DNA of 64,000 nucleotides from Dehalococcoidia bacterium (GTDB lineage Bacteria; Chloroflexota; Dehalococcoidia; Lucifugimonadales; CBDEGW01): NCBI GenBank assembly GCA_965237935.1, contig CBDEGW010000004.1, positions 477,340 to 541,339 on the forward strand, in the 5' to 3' direction. Of this stretch, positions 50,878 to 60,189 are shown piece after piece. The notes below the pieces were generated by a model. It searched no databases and had not been told where the DNA came from. It saw nothing but the letters and a program-made list of their open reading frames with translations. The translations under genes were made by a program, and so were the position numbers. How positions within the stretch are numbered: position 1 is the first letter of the stretch; each line of letters begins with the position of its first letter.

Positions 50878-52086
50878 TTACGTCTTGAATCTTGTGGCTT
50901 TGTCTGAACCGCCGGTGGTATCTCCTTCACTGTAGGAATGCGCGCCCGCACCAGCAAGATGGCCATCTTGGACGATGAGGTATTCGTCCCTGATTGGCCT
51001 ACCATCAAACCAACACTCCAGGATCTCCCGAACTCCAGCCGCGTAACGAGCCTGGGCTGAAAGTGAAGTGCCAGATGTGTGCGGGGTCATCGCATGGTTG
51101 GGCATGGTCCGCCAGGGATGGTCCTTTGGCGGCGGCTGCGGGAACCAGACATCGCCCGCATAACCGGCTAACTGGCCGGTCTCGAGCGCCTTCACGATTG
51201 CGTTCCGCTCGCAGATCTTCCCCCTTGCTGTGTTGACGATATACGAGCCTCGCTTCATTTTGCCGATGAGATCGTCGTTAAAGAGATGCTCTGTTTCTGG
51301 ATGCAATGGGCAGTGAATGCTCACGACATCGCATACTCTGACCAAAGATTCCACATCGGAATGGAACGTCAGACCGAGCTCTTCTTCAACTTGGGTGGGC
51401 AGCCGGTGGCGGTCAGTGTAGTGTAAGGCTACATCGAAGGGTTTCATGCGCTTCAACACCGCCAAACCAATACGCCCACTCCCAACGACACCGACGCTCA
51501 TCCCCTCGATGTCGTACGACCTTGATATGGCGTCCGCGATATTCCAACCGCCATTCACTACCAAGTGATATTGCGGAATGTAGTCCCGGACCAGCGCGAG
51601 GATCTGCATTACCGCGTGCTCAGCAACGCTGATACTATTGCAATAGGTGACTTCACAAACGGTGATATTCCTATTGATTGCCGCCTGCAGGTCAACGTGG
51701 TCAGACCCGATTCCCGCGGTAATAGCCAGCCGCAAGTTAGGCGCTTTCGCTATTCGATCCGCAGTAATGTAGGCGGGCCAGAACGGCTGAGAGATCACCA
51801 CATCAGCGTCCACGAGCTCCTTCTCAAGGATCGAATCAGGTCCATCTTTATCAGCGGTAATAACCAAGCTGTGGCCACGACTTTCAACGAAGTTGCGCAG
51901 TCCTAGTCCGCCTGAAACCGATCCGAGTAATTCCCCAGGAACAAAGTCGATTGCAGCCGGAGAGGGCATAGTCTGACCACCCGGGTATGCCGCGAGTACA
52001 GGTATACTCTGTAGTGCATACTGAGGTGGGTAACCTCCCACGGGATTATCGTAGAGTACACAGACGATTTTCTGTTTCGCCGCCAT
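50878..52086 (-). CDS. fdh: NAD-dependent formate dehydrogenase
   Basis: KIVCVLY, PGELLGSVSGGLGL, SQPFWPAY, AGIGSDHVDL, GDVWFPQP, HTSGTSLSAQARYAAG. Confidence 0.96.
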   Translation of the reverse strand: MAAKQKIVCVLYDNPVGGYPPQYALQSIPVLAAYPGGQTMPSPAAIDFVPGELLGSVSGGLGLRNFVESRGHSLVITADKDGPDSILEKELVDADVVISQPFWPAYITADRIAKAPNLRLAITAGIGSDHVDLQAAINRNITVCEVTYCNSISVAEHAVMQILALVRDYIPQYHLVVNGGWNIADAISRSYDIEGMSVGVVGSGRIGLAVLKRMKPFDVALHYTDRHRLPTQVEEELGLTFHSDVESLVRVCDVVSIHCPLHPETEHLFNDDLIGKMKRGSYIVNTARGKICERNAIVKALETGQLAGYAGDVWFPQPPPKDHPWRTMPNHAMTPHTSGTSLSAQARYAAGVREILECWFDGRPIRDEYLIVQDGHLAGAGAHSYSEGDTTGGSDKATRFKT

Positions 52087-52574
52087 TTTTCCTCCTAACA
52101 AACCGGAATTCCCCATTTTTGCTTGCCTCAGGCATCGTTGTTAGCCCAACGGAGGCGGCCACATTGTAAGCGAGTCTTTCGATGCCGGTCAATTCCAGGC
52201 ATCTCCAACAGAACAACGATTTCAGTCTAAACCACCATTCTCTTGTCCATCTTGATCGTCATTGCGGCCCGCCAGTAACTTCTTGAGCCCCCTCAAGGGG
52301 ATATGACATCGTCTTGGAGATTAAGGTGCAACGCACAAGTGATCCTTGACTTGTGCCATACCTACATCATAGCTGTGTAACAGATTGTGTTGTTTGCGTG
52401 ACAATGAACTTGGTGGCCGCGACGAGCACAAGCATCCTGCGGTACCGCTGGCTGCCCTGGCCTGTTGGTCTGCTTGGCATCCCACCTGACTGTTCTCCTG
52501 GTTCAACTGGAAGATGTGGCTGAGGGTGTGCCAATAGTTCAAGTGGGAACTCTCTGGTATAATCCCCTCATTCT

Positions 52575-52910
52575 TTGTACAGGAGGACCCGCATGCAGTT
52601 TGTTGCCATCATGCAGCACACGCCCTCGCAGTGCCCGGGCCACGTAAGGGAGCTTTTCGATGAGGTCAGCGCAGCCATGCCCAGGATGCAAGAGATCGAG
52701 CAAAAGCACGGCGCCAAGACCCTGGGCTTCTACGGGCTGCTCTCCGCTCATAGGACTGTCATAGTCATGGACGCTCCAAGCTATGATGCAGTGGAGAAGG
52801 TCCTCTTCGAGCTGGGCCTTATGGCCTGGAATACCACGGAGATTGCGCAAGCCACGCCCATCGAGGACGCGATGAAGATGGCGGCGGAGCGCTTCGGTAT
52901 TGGCGGCTAA
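52575..52910 (+). CDS. small GYD/DUF3303-like protein
   Basis: HTPSQCPG, AHRTVIVMDAPSYDAV; RBS AGGAGG. Confidence 0.6.
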   Translation: MYRRTRMQFVAIMQHTPSQCPGHVRELFDEVSAAMPRMQEIEQKHGAKTLGFYGLLSAHRTVIVMDAPSYDAVEKVLFELGLMAWNTTEIAQATPIEDAMKMAAERFGIGG

Positions 52911-53026
52911 GGCTGGTGCGGCCGGGTTCCGCTAGGCCTGCGCGGCAAGACGGGAAGTCAACGATGCCATTCTTCGGGGGTCTGCTTGCAGCCACCCTCA
53001 TTACAGGCGAAGGTCTCTTTATCCCG

Positions 53027-53146
53027 CCCACCCGCCCAGAGGTTTTATTCAAAGGGGGACACCCCCTTGAAGCCCCGAGAGGTTTTATTCAAAAGGGGAC
53101 ACCCCCTTGAACCCCCGACAGGAAACCCAGGTTCCCTGTACCCTCC
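53027..53146. repeat. intergenic REP-like repeat, copy B, with an internal 40-bp tandem duplication
   Basis: Units at 53038-53077 and 53078-53117; otherwise matches 49404-49482. Confidence 0.8.
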
Positions 53147-53184
53147 CGAAGGTTCAGCTAAGCCTAACTCATCCGATAGTATCA

Positions 53185-53814
53185 TCAGGCCTTCATTCGA
53201 TCTGCTACCCCTTGCGCCAGCGCAAGGTCCTCTTCGGAGTTGACGTTGAGGAAGGAGTGGAGGCTAGGGTCGAGATCCACTAGCTCGTCCTCCTCTACAT
53301 AACGTGTGTTAACCCGCTCCAGCAGGCCGTGAAGGGAAGCCCGGCCTTTGAGAAGCCTCTCCAGGACCGGGATACAGTTTTGGCCGTACACCGCGTGGAG
53401 GGGCTGGGCGATAAGCTCTCGCTCCCTGGAGTTGCGCCAGCTCCCGCCCACTCTGGGGACCACGGCGTCGTATCCATGGGCGAGGCCCATCAGAAAGCGC
53501 AATACCTCGGAGTTGAGGAAGGGCAGGTCGCAACTAAGGGCCTAGGCGTGTTGGGTGCGCGAGGCCAGAAGGCCGGCGTAAAGCCCTGCCGCGGGGCCTC
53601 TTCCGGCGTGCATGTCGTGGACTACTCGTACCAGAGGGTGAGAAGGTATGCGCTGGCGAGGCTGGTCGGGAGCCGTCACCACCACGATATCGTCGGAGAC
53701 CTGGGCAAGGGCGTCCACTACCCGCTGCAGGAGGGTGCGTCCGCCCACCATCTCCAGGGCCTTGTCTCGCCCCAGACGGCTGCTGCCTCCACCAGCGAGG
53801 AGAATTCCGGTCAC
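53185..53814 (-). pseudogene. mobA: molybdenum cofactor guanylyltransferase with an internal TAG
   Basis: GILLAGGGSSRLGRDKA, GPAAG, HA*ALSCDLPFL (TAG 53542-53544), QPLHAVY, NVNSEED. Confidence 0.9.
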
Positions 53815-53824
53815 GTCGTGCCCC

Positions 53825-54373
53825 TCATTCGGGAAGGAGGGGTGTCAGGTCCGTTTCCAGATCCACTTCCAGGGCGGCCAGAACGTGTCCCAGCAGCATG
53901 AAGTAGCCGATGGTCACGGCCAGGTCGATGGCGCCCTGGTCTCCTATGAGATGGACGATGGCCTGGTGAGTAGCGTCTGTCACCTTGTGGCTGCGAATCA
54001 GCTCCTGGGCGTACCGCACCCAGACCCCCTCCTTGGGTGGAAGGCCCCAGGGGGCTCGGCGCTCTCGAATGGCCTGGATGACCTCATCCCGCACGCCCGC
54101 CTGCCGAGCGACGGGCTCATGGTGTGTCCACGCGTACTGGCTGTTTAGCTCGCGGGCTGTGGCCAGGATGGCTATCTCCCTCACCGCTGGCTCCAGGGCG
54201 GAGTTGTACCTAACATACTCTCTTAGGGTCGCCACCGCTTCCGCTGCCTGAGGGTGATTGAAGAGGGCCTTGAACACGTCGGATACGTATCCTCGGGTCT
54301 GTTGAAACCTGTCGTAGGCAGGCCTTCCGTTGGGAGGAAGCTCCTCCCTGGAAAGGTAAGGTACTCGGGCCAT
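53825..54373 (-). CDS. carboxymuconolactone decarboxylase-family protein
   Basis: REIAILATARE, YAWTHH, DLAVTIGYF. Confidence 0.85.
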   Translation of the reverse strand: MARVPYLSREELPPNGRPAYDRFQQTRGYVSDVFKALFNHPQAAEAVATLREYVRYNSALEPAVREIAILATARELNSQYAWTHHEPVARQAGVRDEVIQAIRERRAPWGLPPKEGVWVRYAQELIRSHKVTDATHQAIVHLIGDQGAIDLAVTIGYFMLLGHVLAALEVDLETDLTPLLPE

Positions 54374-54439
54374 GGGAGTCCTCCTATCTCGTATCAGGCT
54401 CCCCCGCCAGGCCTTTGGAGTGGTGGGGACTTTGGGGCG

Positions 54440-55039
54440 CTATCGGAGGAAAGGCAACATGCTGGAGAGCGGGTCCCAATCGTCTGGTGGCCAGGGGTAG
54501 CGGATCCACGCCCTGCCCACGACGTTCTCCACTGGAACGGTCCCCCACTTCCTTGAGTCGTCGCTGGAGCGCCGGTTGTCGCCCAGGACGAAGATGGCCC
54601 CCTCTCCCACGTTAATCGGTTTCATTGAGGACTTGTCTGGACGCTTTACATAAGGCTCGTCTAGGGGAACGTCGTTGACGTATACTTGACCTCGCTTAAT
54701 CTCTACGGTATCGCCGGGCAGGCCTATGGCCCTTTTGACGAAGTCTCGCTCAGGGTCTATGGGGAAGTGGAATATCACTATCTCGCCTCGTCGAGGCAAG
54801 TGAAAAAGGAAGGTTTCTCTGTCGTTATCGAAATCCACAAAGGGAATTACCTTGCTTATCCTGTTAGGGTTAAAGTGGGTGTACACCAGCTTGTTGACTA
54901 TGAGCCGTTGTCCGTCGGAGAGGGTGGGCTCCATGCTGGAGCCATCGACCTTAGTAGGCTGCACGCTGAACTGAAGGAGCAGGAAGATCCCCAGCGCCAG
55001 AATCAGCGTCTCCATTGTCTCCCGGACTATTGCTCTCAT
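54440..55039 (-). CDS. lepB: signal peptidase I
   Basis: GSSMEPTL (Ser), DFVKRAIG (Lys), GDNRRSSDDSR. Confidence 0.95.
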   Translation of the reverse strand: MRAIVRETMETLILALGIFLLLQFSVQPTKVDGSSMEPTLSDGQRLIVNKLVYTHFNPNRISKVIPFVDFDNDRETFLFHLPRRGEIVIFHFPIDPERDFVKRAIGLPGDTVEIKRGQVYVNDVPLDEPYVKRPDKSSMKPINVGEGAIFVLGDNRRSSDDSRKWGTVPVENVVGRAWIRYPWPPDDWDPLSSMLPFLR

Positions 55040-55267
55040 AGCTTTACCCGGCCAGTGGAAGTATCGCTCAAAATTAGTATACCTAGGCTACCCCATAGGT
55101 TGTCTCGACGCAAGACTATATCTCAGGACGCTGTTGGAACGTAATTTGTTCCAAAATAAGATGCGCCTCATTTTCTCCTTCTGGATCAGCTTTATACTTA
55201 GCCCATATAAGGCAGCTCCATTATACTTTTACAGAGATTTACTCCTACAGTCGGCGGTCACGACGGT

Positions 55268-55858
55268 ATGACACAAGAGCCTGAAAGGACCTTAGTACAA
55301 CTCAGCCAGCAGGGGGACCTGCAAGCGTTCAACGAGTTGGTCCTTAGCTATGAAAAGCTGGTCTTCAACATGGCGGCACGTATGCTTAGCGATGCCGCCG
55401 CCGCCGAAGATGCCACCCAGGAGGCCTTTATATCGGCCTTCAGGAACATCAGGAAGTTCAGGGGCGATAACTTCAGAGCATGGCTGCTGCGCATAGCGGC
55501 CAACGCCTGCCACGACCAGTTGCGCTCTCCGCGGAGGCGCAGGGAAGTCTCCCTGGACGCCTCGGTGGCGGATTCGCACTTCGACGTGCCCTCCAACCTG
55601 GAGTCGCCGGAGAACTACGCCCTCCGGCAGGAGCTGGGGCATGAGATACAGCGGGGTCTTGCAACCTTACCCGACGATCAACGCCTGGTCCTGGTGCTCA
55701 TCGACTTGCAGGGTCTGAGCTACGAAGAGGCGGCCGCTTCAACAGGCTCCTCCCTGGGCACCGTCAAGTCCAGGCTGAGTCGTGCCAGGGCCAGGCTCAG
55801 AGACCACATGCTTCAGCGGCGGGAACTTTTACCTCAGGAATTCCGTCTTTCAAGGTGA
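55268..55858 (+). CDS. ECF RNA polymerase sigma factor (SigW/SigE-like)
   Basis: AEDATQEAF, WLLRIAAN, LSYEEAA...GTVKSRLSRARARL. Confidence 0.95.
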   Translation: MTQEPERTLVQLSQQGDLQAFNELVLSYEKLVFNMAARMLSDAAAAEDATQEAFISAFRNIRKFRGDNFRAWLLRIAANACHDQLRSPRRRREVSLDASVADSHFDVPSNLESPENYALRQELGHEIQRGLATLPDDQRLVLVLIDLQGLSYEEAAASTGSSLGTVKSRLSRARARLRDHMLQRRELLPQEFRLSR

Positions 55859-55867
55859 AGGGGTAAT

Positions 55868-56760
55868 ATGACCTGGTTTGTACCTTTGCGGGGACACGGT
55901 AGGCTACGGCGCTTGCTGTCCTCATATATAGATGGGAAGGTAAGCGAAGCGGAGAGAAGGGCCTTAGAGCGCCACCTCTCTGGTTGTGAAGCCTGCCGAT
56001 GGGAGTTGGATAGCCTTCGAGCCACGACGGGGCTTCTGCGAGATGTACTGCCCCTGGAGACTCCTCGCTCCTTTATATGCTGACGGAAGCCCCTGCTCCA
56101 TTGCCCTATTCACCTCCCTATGTCAGGGCGGTAGGCGTTGCGACCTCGGTGGCCGCCGTGCTGCTGATAGCCCTGCTGGCCGGCGACCTAACGGGATCTT
56201 TATCCCAGTCCGGCCCCGGCATCCCGAAACTTGAACCGCCTCCCGCCTTTCAACAGCAGGTGCCCGCGACAACGGAGCCCGTGGAGGGACTTGCGGAAGT
56301 GGCGGGTACTGCCGAGGAGGAGGCACCCGCGGCGGCATCTGCACCTCCTCAAGAGGGACCCACCATAGAAGCCACCTCAGCCGAGGAGCAGCCTGACCTG
56401 GAACCAACCCTGGCCACGCCTGAAGAGGAAACACCGTCTGACCTAACAGCGCCGTCGGGGGGTGCTGGAACGACCGATGTAGGCCCGCCCAGATTCCTAA
56501 CACCTACCCCGACACCTGAGCCCGCTCCCACGGCAACGCCGGAGCCGACCCCTACCGCAACTCCGGAGCCCAGTCCCACCCCCGTCCTGGAGCCCACCCC
56601 TCAGCCTCCGGCGGAAGAACCACCGGAGCCCGCACTGGTGCCCATAGAGGCCCCCGAATCTGATGAGGGGGTAGAGTTGCCACTGTGGCAGCTTGAGGTA
56701 GCCATGGGAGCCGCGCTGGCTGGTCTGATTGCGGCCATAGTGTGGACCAGGAGGAGGATG
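55868..56760 (+). pseudogene. zinc-finger anti-sigma factor, frameshifted at ~56076
   Basis: LLSSYIDG...HLSGCEAC (zf-HC2); TATATG slip separates it from the TM/Pro-rich/TM remainder (ATG 56077); the 3' end is uncertain because the ORF runs on antisense into the next gene. Confidence 0.7.
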
Positions 56761-56799
56761 ACGAGACCCTTAATTTTTGGCCTACCATTTCAGCGGGTA

Positions 56800-58017
56800 T
56801 CAGGTCAACCGGAGGAAGCTCTCCGCATTGCCGCCCATGTACTTAGCCTTGGTGCTTTCGGGAAACTTCTCCCAGATGGGCCAGTCCATGACCATTTGCG
56901 CAGTGTCGGGGAAGTGGGCTTCCGCATGCGGATAGTCCGACTGATGCATCAGGCCATTCTCTCCCAACAGTTCAAGGCAGCACCTGGTCATCTCATGCCC
57001 TTCAAAGGGCTCGGCGCAGCAAAGGAAGCGCCCCATCTGGGCATACTCAAGGGGCTTGTACTTGGTGGGTACCGTGGTGCCCGATACGTAGAAGACCATC
57101 TCGCCCAGGCGGATGAGCCAGTGAGGGAACCATCCCTGGCCTACCTCCGCCACAGCGCCCTTCAGGTTGGGATAGCGGTCTAAGAGGCCGGAGCATATTA
57201 GATAGGCGCAGAGGCGTGCCGCCCCCCAGGGGTGGGCTGCCGTCCGGCTGATGGCCGAGTTGCCCCACATGTCCCGATAGCCGGGGAACCAGGGGTAGCC
57301 CGTGTAGAAGCTGTGGTGAATCAGGGGCAGCTCCTGGTCGTTCATCACGGCATACAGGGGGTCCAGGGTGGGATCGTCAACGGGGAAGTCCACGGGAAGC
57401 TGTAGCCAGACCGCCGTGGCCCACTTCTTCTGGGAAAGGGTCTTGACTGAGTTTATGGCCTGCTCCACATCGCCGGCATGCACCAGGATGTGGCTGCGCA
57501 GCCTCTCCGGCGACACGGAAGTGTAGTCGTCCAGGAAGCGGTGGTAGGCGTCATAGAACCCCTGGCACAGGGTCGGGTCTCCCAGGGACATGACGCCGGC
57601 GCTATTGGCTCCGAACATGAAATCGATATCCCTTCCCTCTTCATCCATGTCCAGGAGCCGGCCTGCGGAGTTGGTCTGCTCCACGCCCCGCTGGACGTGC
57701 TTCCTGTGGTGGCCCTGCAGGCCTTCGCCGCTTATCTCCTTGACGAAGTCGGCCTTTCCTCCCGTGGTGACCTGAGTGTGTTCGGGAAGAAGGGGCGTAT
57801 TTGGGTACCGATTGAATTGCATCCCTGGGAAGGAGAAGCTCTTGCCTCCCGTGGGCGTGCCATCGGGACGAGGCTGGCCACCCTCGGTGATCTTGATATA
57901 GGGAGCCATTTCCTCCTCGTACCGGGCCTTGAAGCTCGGATCCATGTACTCGTCCAGCGTTGTTAGCCTTGGGCCAACGTGGGTGTCCATGTCGATGATC
58001 TTGAACCCGTCTATCAT
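56800..58017 (-). CDS. amidohydrolase-family protein
   Basis: IIDMDTH, LDMDEEGRD, IHH, AEVG.GW, MHQSDYPH. Confidence 0.9.
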   Translation of the reverse strand: MIDGFKIIDMDTHVGPRLTTLDEYMDPSFKARYEEEMAPYIKITEGGQPRPDGTPTGGKSFSFPGMQFNRYPNTPLLPEHTQVTTGGKADFVKEISGEGLQGHHRKHVQRGVEQTNSAGRLLDMDEEGRDIDFMFGANSAGVMSLGDPTLCQGFYDAYHRFLDDYTSVSPERLRSHILVHAGDVEQAINSVKTLSQKKWATAVWLQLPVDFPVDDPTLDPLYAVMNDQELPLIHHSFYTGYPWFPGYRDMWGNSAISRTAAHPWGAARLCAYLICSGLLDRYPNLKGAVAEVGQGWFPHWLIRLGEMVFYVSGTTVPTKYKPLEYAQMGRFLCCAEPFEGHEMTRCCLELLGENGLMHQSDYPHAEAHFPDTAQMVMDWPIWEKFPESTKAKYMGGNAESFLRLT

Positions 58018-58218
58018 GCAGAACCTCCTACTTGTACCGTTACGCCCGTTATTCTACCACTACCCTATCGCCTGTCAAAGGGGGTCATCGCAGGCTTGGA
58101 ATCCATTATAGCATCGATGCCCCTGTTCTTGAAAACCTGGAGGAAGTCCCAGGCAGCGCCTGTATACAATGTCCATTCAGAAAAGTCAAGTGCAGTGGCG
58201 CTCGACCTATTCATTCTC

Positions 58219-59127
58219 CTAGCTCTCTTTCGCTTCATCCCGGGGCCTGGAGCGGGGACCGAAGGGCTCGGGCTGGAAGGGCCCGTCGCGCACCCCGAGG
58301 AAGGCGCGCATGCCGCCCTCCTTGGCCGCCTCCAACATCTCCTTGCGCCGGAAGTCCGGCCGCTGCGAGGAGTGGGCTATGGCCGATAGAAGCCAGTTGG
58401 TAATCAGGGCATTGCGCAGCCCCATCATCTCCAGCCCCAGGGTGGCGATGTACTTGTTGGCCGCCAGGGTCTCCGGCGAGTTCAGCGCCATGCGATTAGC
58501 CAGACGGAAAGCCTCCTCCATTAGGCTCTCCCTGTCCGGCAACACCTGGTTCACCAGGCCGATGCGAAGGGCCTCCTGGGCGTCCAGGTGGTCTCCAGTG
58601 AGGGAGTACCTTAGCGCGTTCTTGTGGCCTGCCAGCAGCGTCCAGAGGAAGCTGGTGTTGGATATGTGGCGCACCTCGGGCTGGCCGAAGACGGCATCGG
58701 CGGAGGCCAGGGTAAGGTCACACGTAAAGGCTATCCAGGTGCCTCCTCCCATGCACCAGCCGTGGACGGCGGCAATTACCGGCTTCGACAGCTCCAGGAT
58801 GTGGGTCTGGTTCAGGACCATTTTGCGGTCGTTGGCGAACCACCGATTGATGTGTTGCGCGGCGGTGCTCCCCCTGGCGATCATGGACTCCGGGTCGATC
58901 TCCTGAGCCTCTCTTACGGTCGACATATCGTATCCGGCGGAGAAGGCCCTGCCCGCGCCTGTGATGATAATCACTCGCGTCTCTTCTTCGTCTTCTGCCA
59001 CGTCCAGGGCATGGTGAAGCTCCTCCTCCATTCCATCGCCGATGGCGTTTAAAACATCGGGTCTGTTCAGGGTGATGAGCCGGACTGGCCCTCGCTTCTC
59101 ATAGAGGATGGACTTGTACTCCTGCAT
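58219..59127 (-). CDS. enoyl-CoA hydratase/isomerase family protein
   Basis: ITLNRP, FSAGYD, KPVIAAVHG.CMGGG, FGQPE, EALRIGLVN. Confidence 0.92.
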   Translation of the reverse strand: MQEYKSILYEKRGPVRLITLNRPDVLNAIGDGMEEELHHALDVAEDEEETRVIIITGAGRAFSAGYDMSTVREAQEIDPESMIARGSTAAQHINRWFANDRKMVLNQTHILELSKPVIAAVHGWCMGGGTWIAFTCDLTLASADAVFGQPEVRHISNTSFLWTLLAGHKNALRYSLTGDHLDAQEALRIGLVNQVLPDRESLMEEAFRLANRMALNSPETLAANKYIATLGLEMMGLRNALITNWLLSAIAHSSQRPDFRRKEMLEAAKEGGMRAFLGVRDGPFQPEPFGPRSRPRDEAKES

Positions 59128-59364
59128 AGCGTGCTTCTCCTCGGTTAAAAGTGTGGGGCCATTCTACTTCCGCTGGGAGAAGTTTCCAACTCGGCTATTC
59201 TCGCTTCTCTAACCTTTCCGAATCCCTTGACCGGTCTACCTGCCAACTGCTACACTTTTATTGAATTTCTGCTATCTAAAGGGGCGCAGGATTCGGCTTT
59301 ATCCCTTTGACCCCAGCCCCGTAATGCAGGCTGGGGTCAGCCTTTGACAGGAGAAGTTAGACGT

Positions 59365-60084
59365 ATGCCGTACAAAGATGGTTACACCACCGCCATGGTC
59401 GTGGTGGCTCACCCTGATGACGCCGAGTTTGGCTTCTCCGGCACCATAGCCAAGTGGTGCATGGAGGGCATGGACGTCTTCTACGTCCTCTGCACCGACG
59501 GCAGCCACGGCACCAGCGACCGGGAGTTGCCCAGGGAGGAGCTGGCTCGCATTCGTGCCCAGGAGCAGAGAAACGCATGTAAGGCCCTGGGAGTCAAAGA
59601 CGTGGTCTTCCTGGACTACGAGGATGGCTACCTTCAGCCCACCCTGGAACTGCGCAAGGAGATAAGCCGGGAGATACGCCGCTACAGGCCTGACGTCCTC
59701 ATATGCCAGAACCCAGCCCGCACCCTGGATGGGCGCACTTATGTGGGGCACCCGGACCATCAGGCGGCGGGAGAGGCAACCCTGTCCGCCCTCTTCCCCA
59801 GCGCGCGAGACCACCTGACTTTCCCAGAGCTCCTGGATGAGGGCTTTGAGCCCCACAAGACCAAAGAGGTGCTCATCTCGGGCCACCCGCAGCCGGACGT
59901 ATGGATCGACGTGAGTGACTCCATGGAAACGGCTATCAAGGCCATCATGGAGCACAAGAGTCAGATAGGAGACCGCGACCAGGAGCAGATGAGCCTGAGG
60001 ATGAAGGATGGCCGAGGGCAGAACGGCTTCGGGCGCGGCATGAAGTACGCAGAGAGTTTCAAGTCTTTCACCTTCCGCACTTAG
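59365..60084 (+). CDS. PIG-L/LmbE family deacetylase
   Basis: AHPDDAE, TDGSHG, HPDH. Confidence 0.92.
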   Translation: MPYKDGYTTAMVVVAHPDDAEFGFSGTIAKWCMEGMDVFYVLCTDGSHGTSDRELPREELARIRAQEQRNACKALGVKDVVFLDYEDGYLQPTLELRKEISREIRRYRPDVLICQNPARTLDGRTYVGHPDHQAAGEATLSALFPSARDHLTFPELLDEGFEPHKTKEVLISGHPQPDVWIDVSDSMETAIKAIMEHKSQIGDRDQEQMSLRMKDGRGQNGFGRGMKYAESFKSFTFRT

Positions 60085-60189
60085 CGGGCGTTCTTCACTC
60101 CTGGGGAACGCCTCCACAGCTTAGGGTGACTGTACCTCTTCTACCCATATACTGTTCAGGCAAGATGCATCATTTTTTGAGGGAATCCA

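Noticed and set aside
42630-53544. Amber (TAG) recoding or pyrrolysine as an explanation for three in-frame TAGs
   Set aside because: Many intact genes here end in TAG (e.g. 2462, 10909, 20020); one lesion is TAA; the positions imply different original residues; no pyl genes are in the window.
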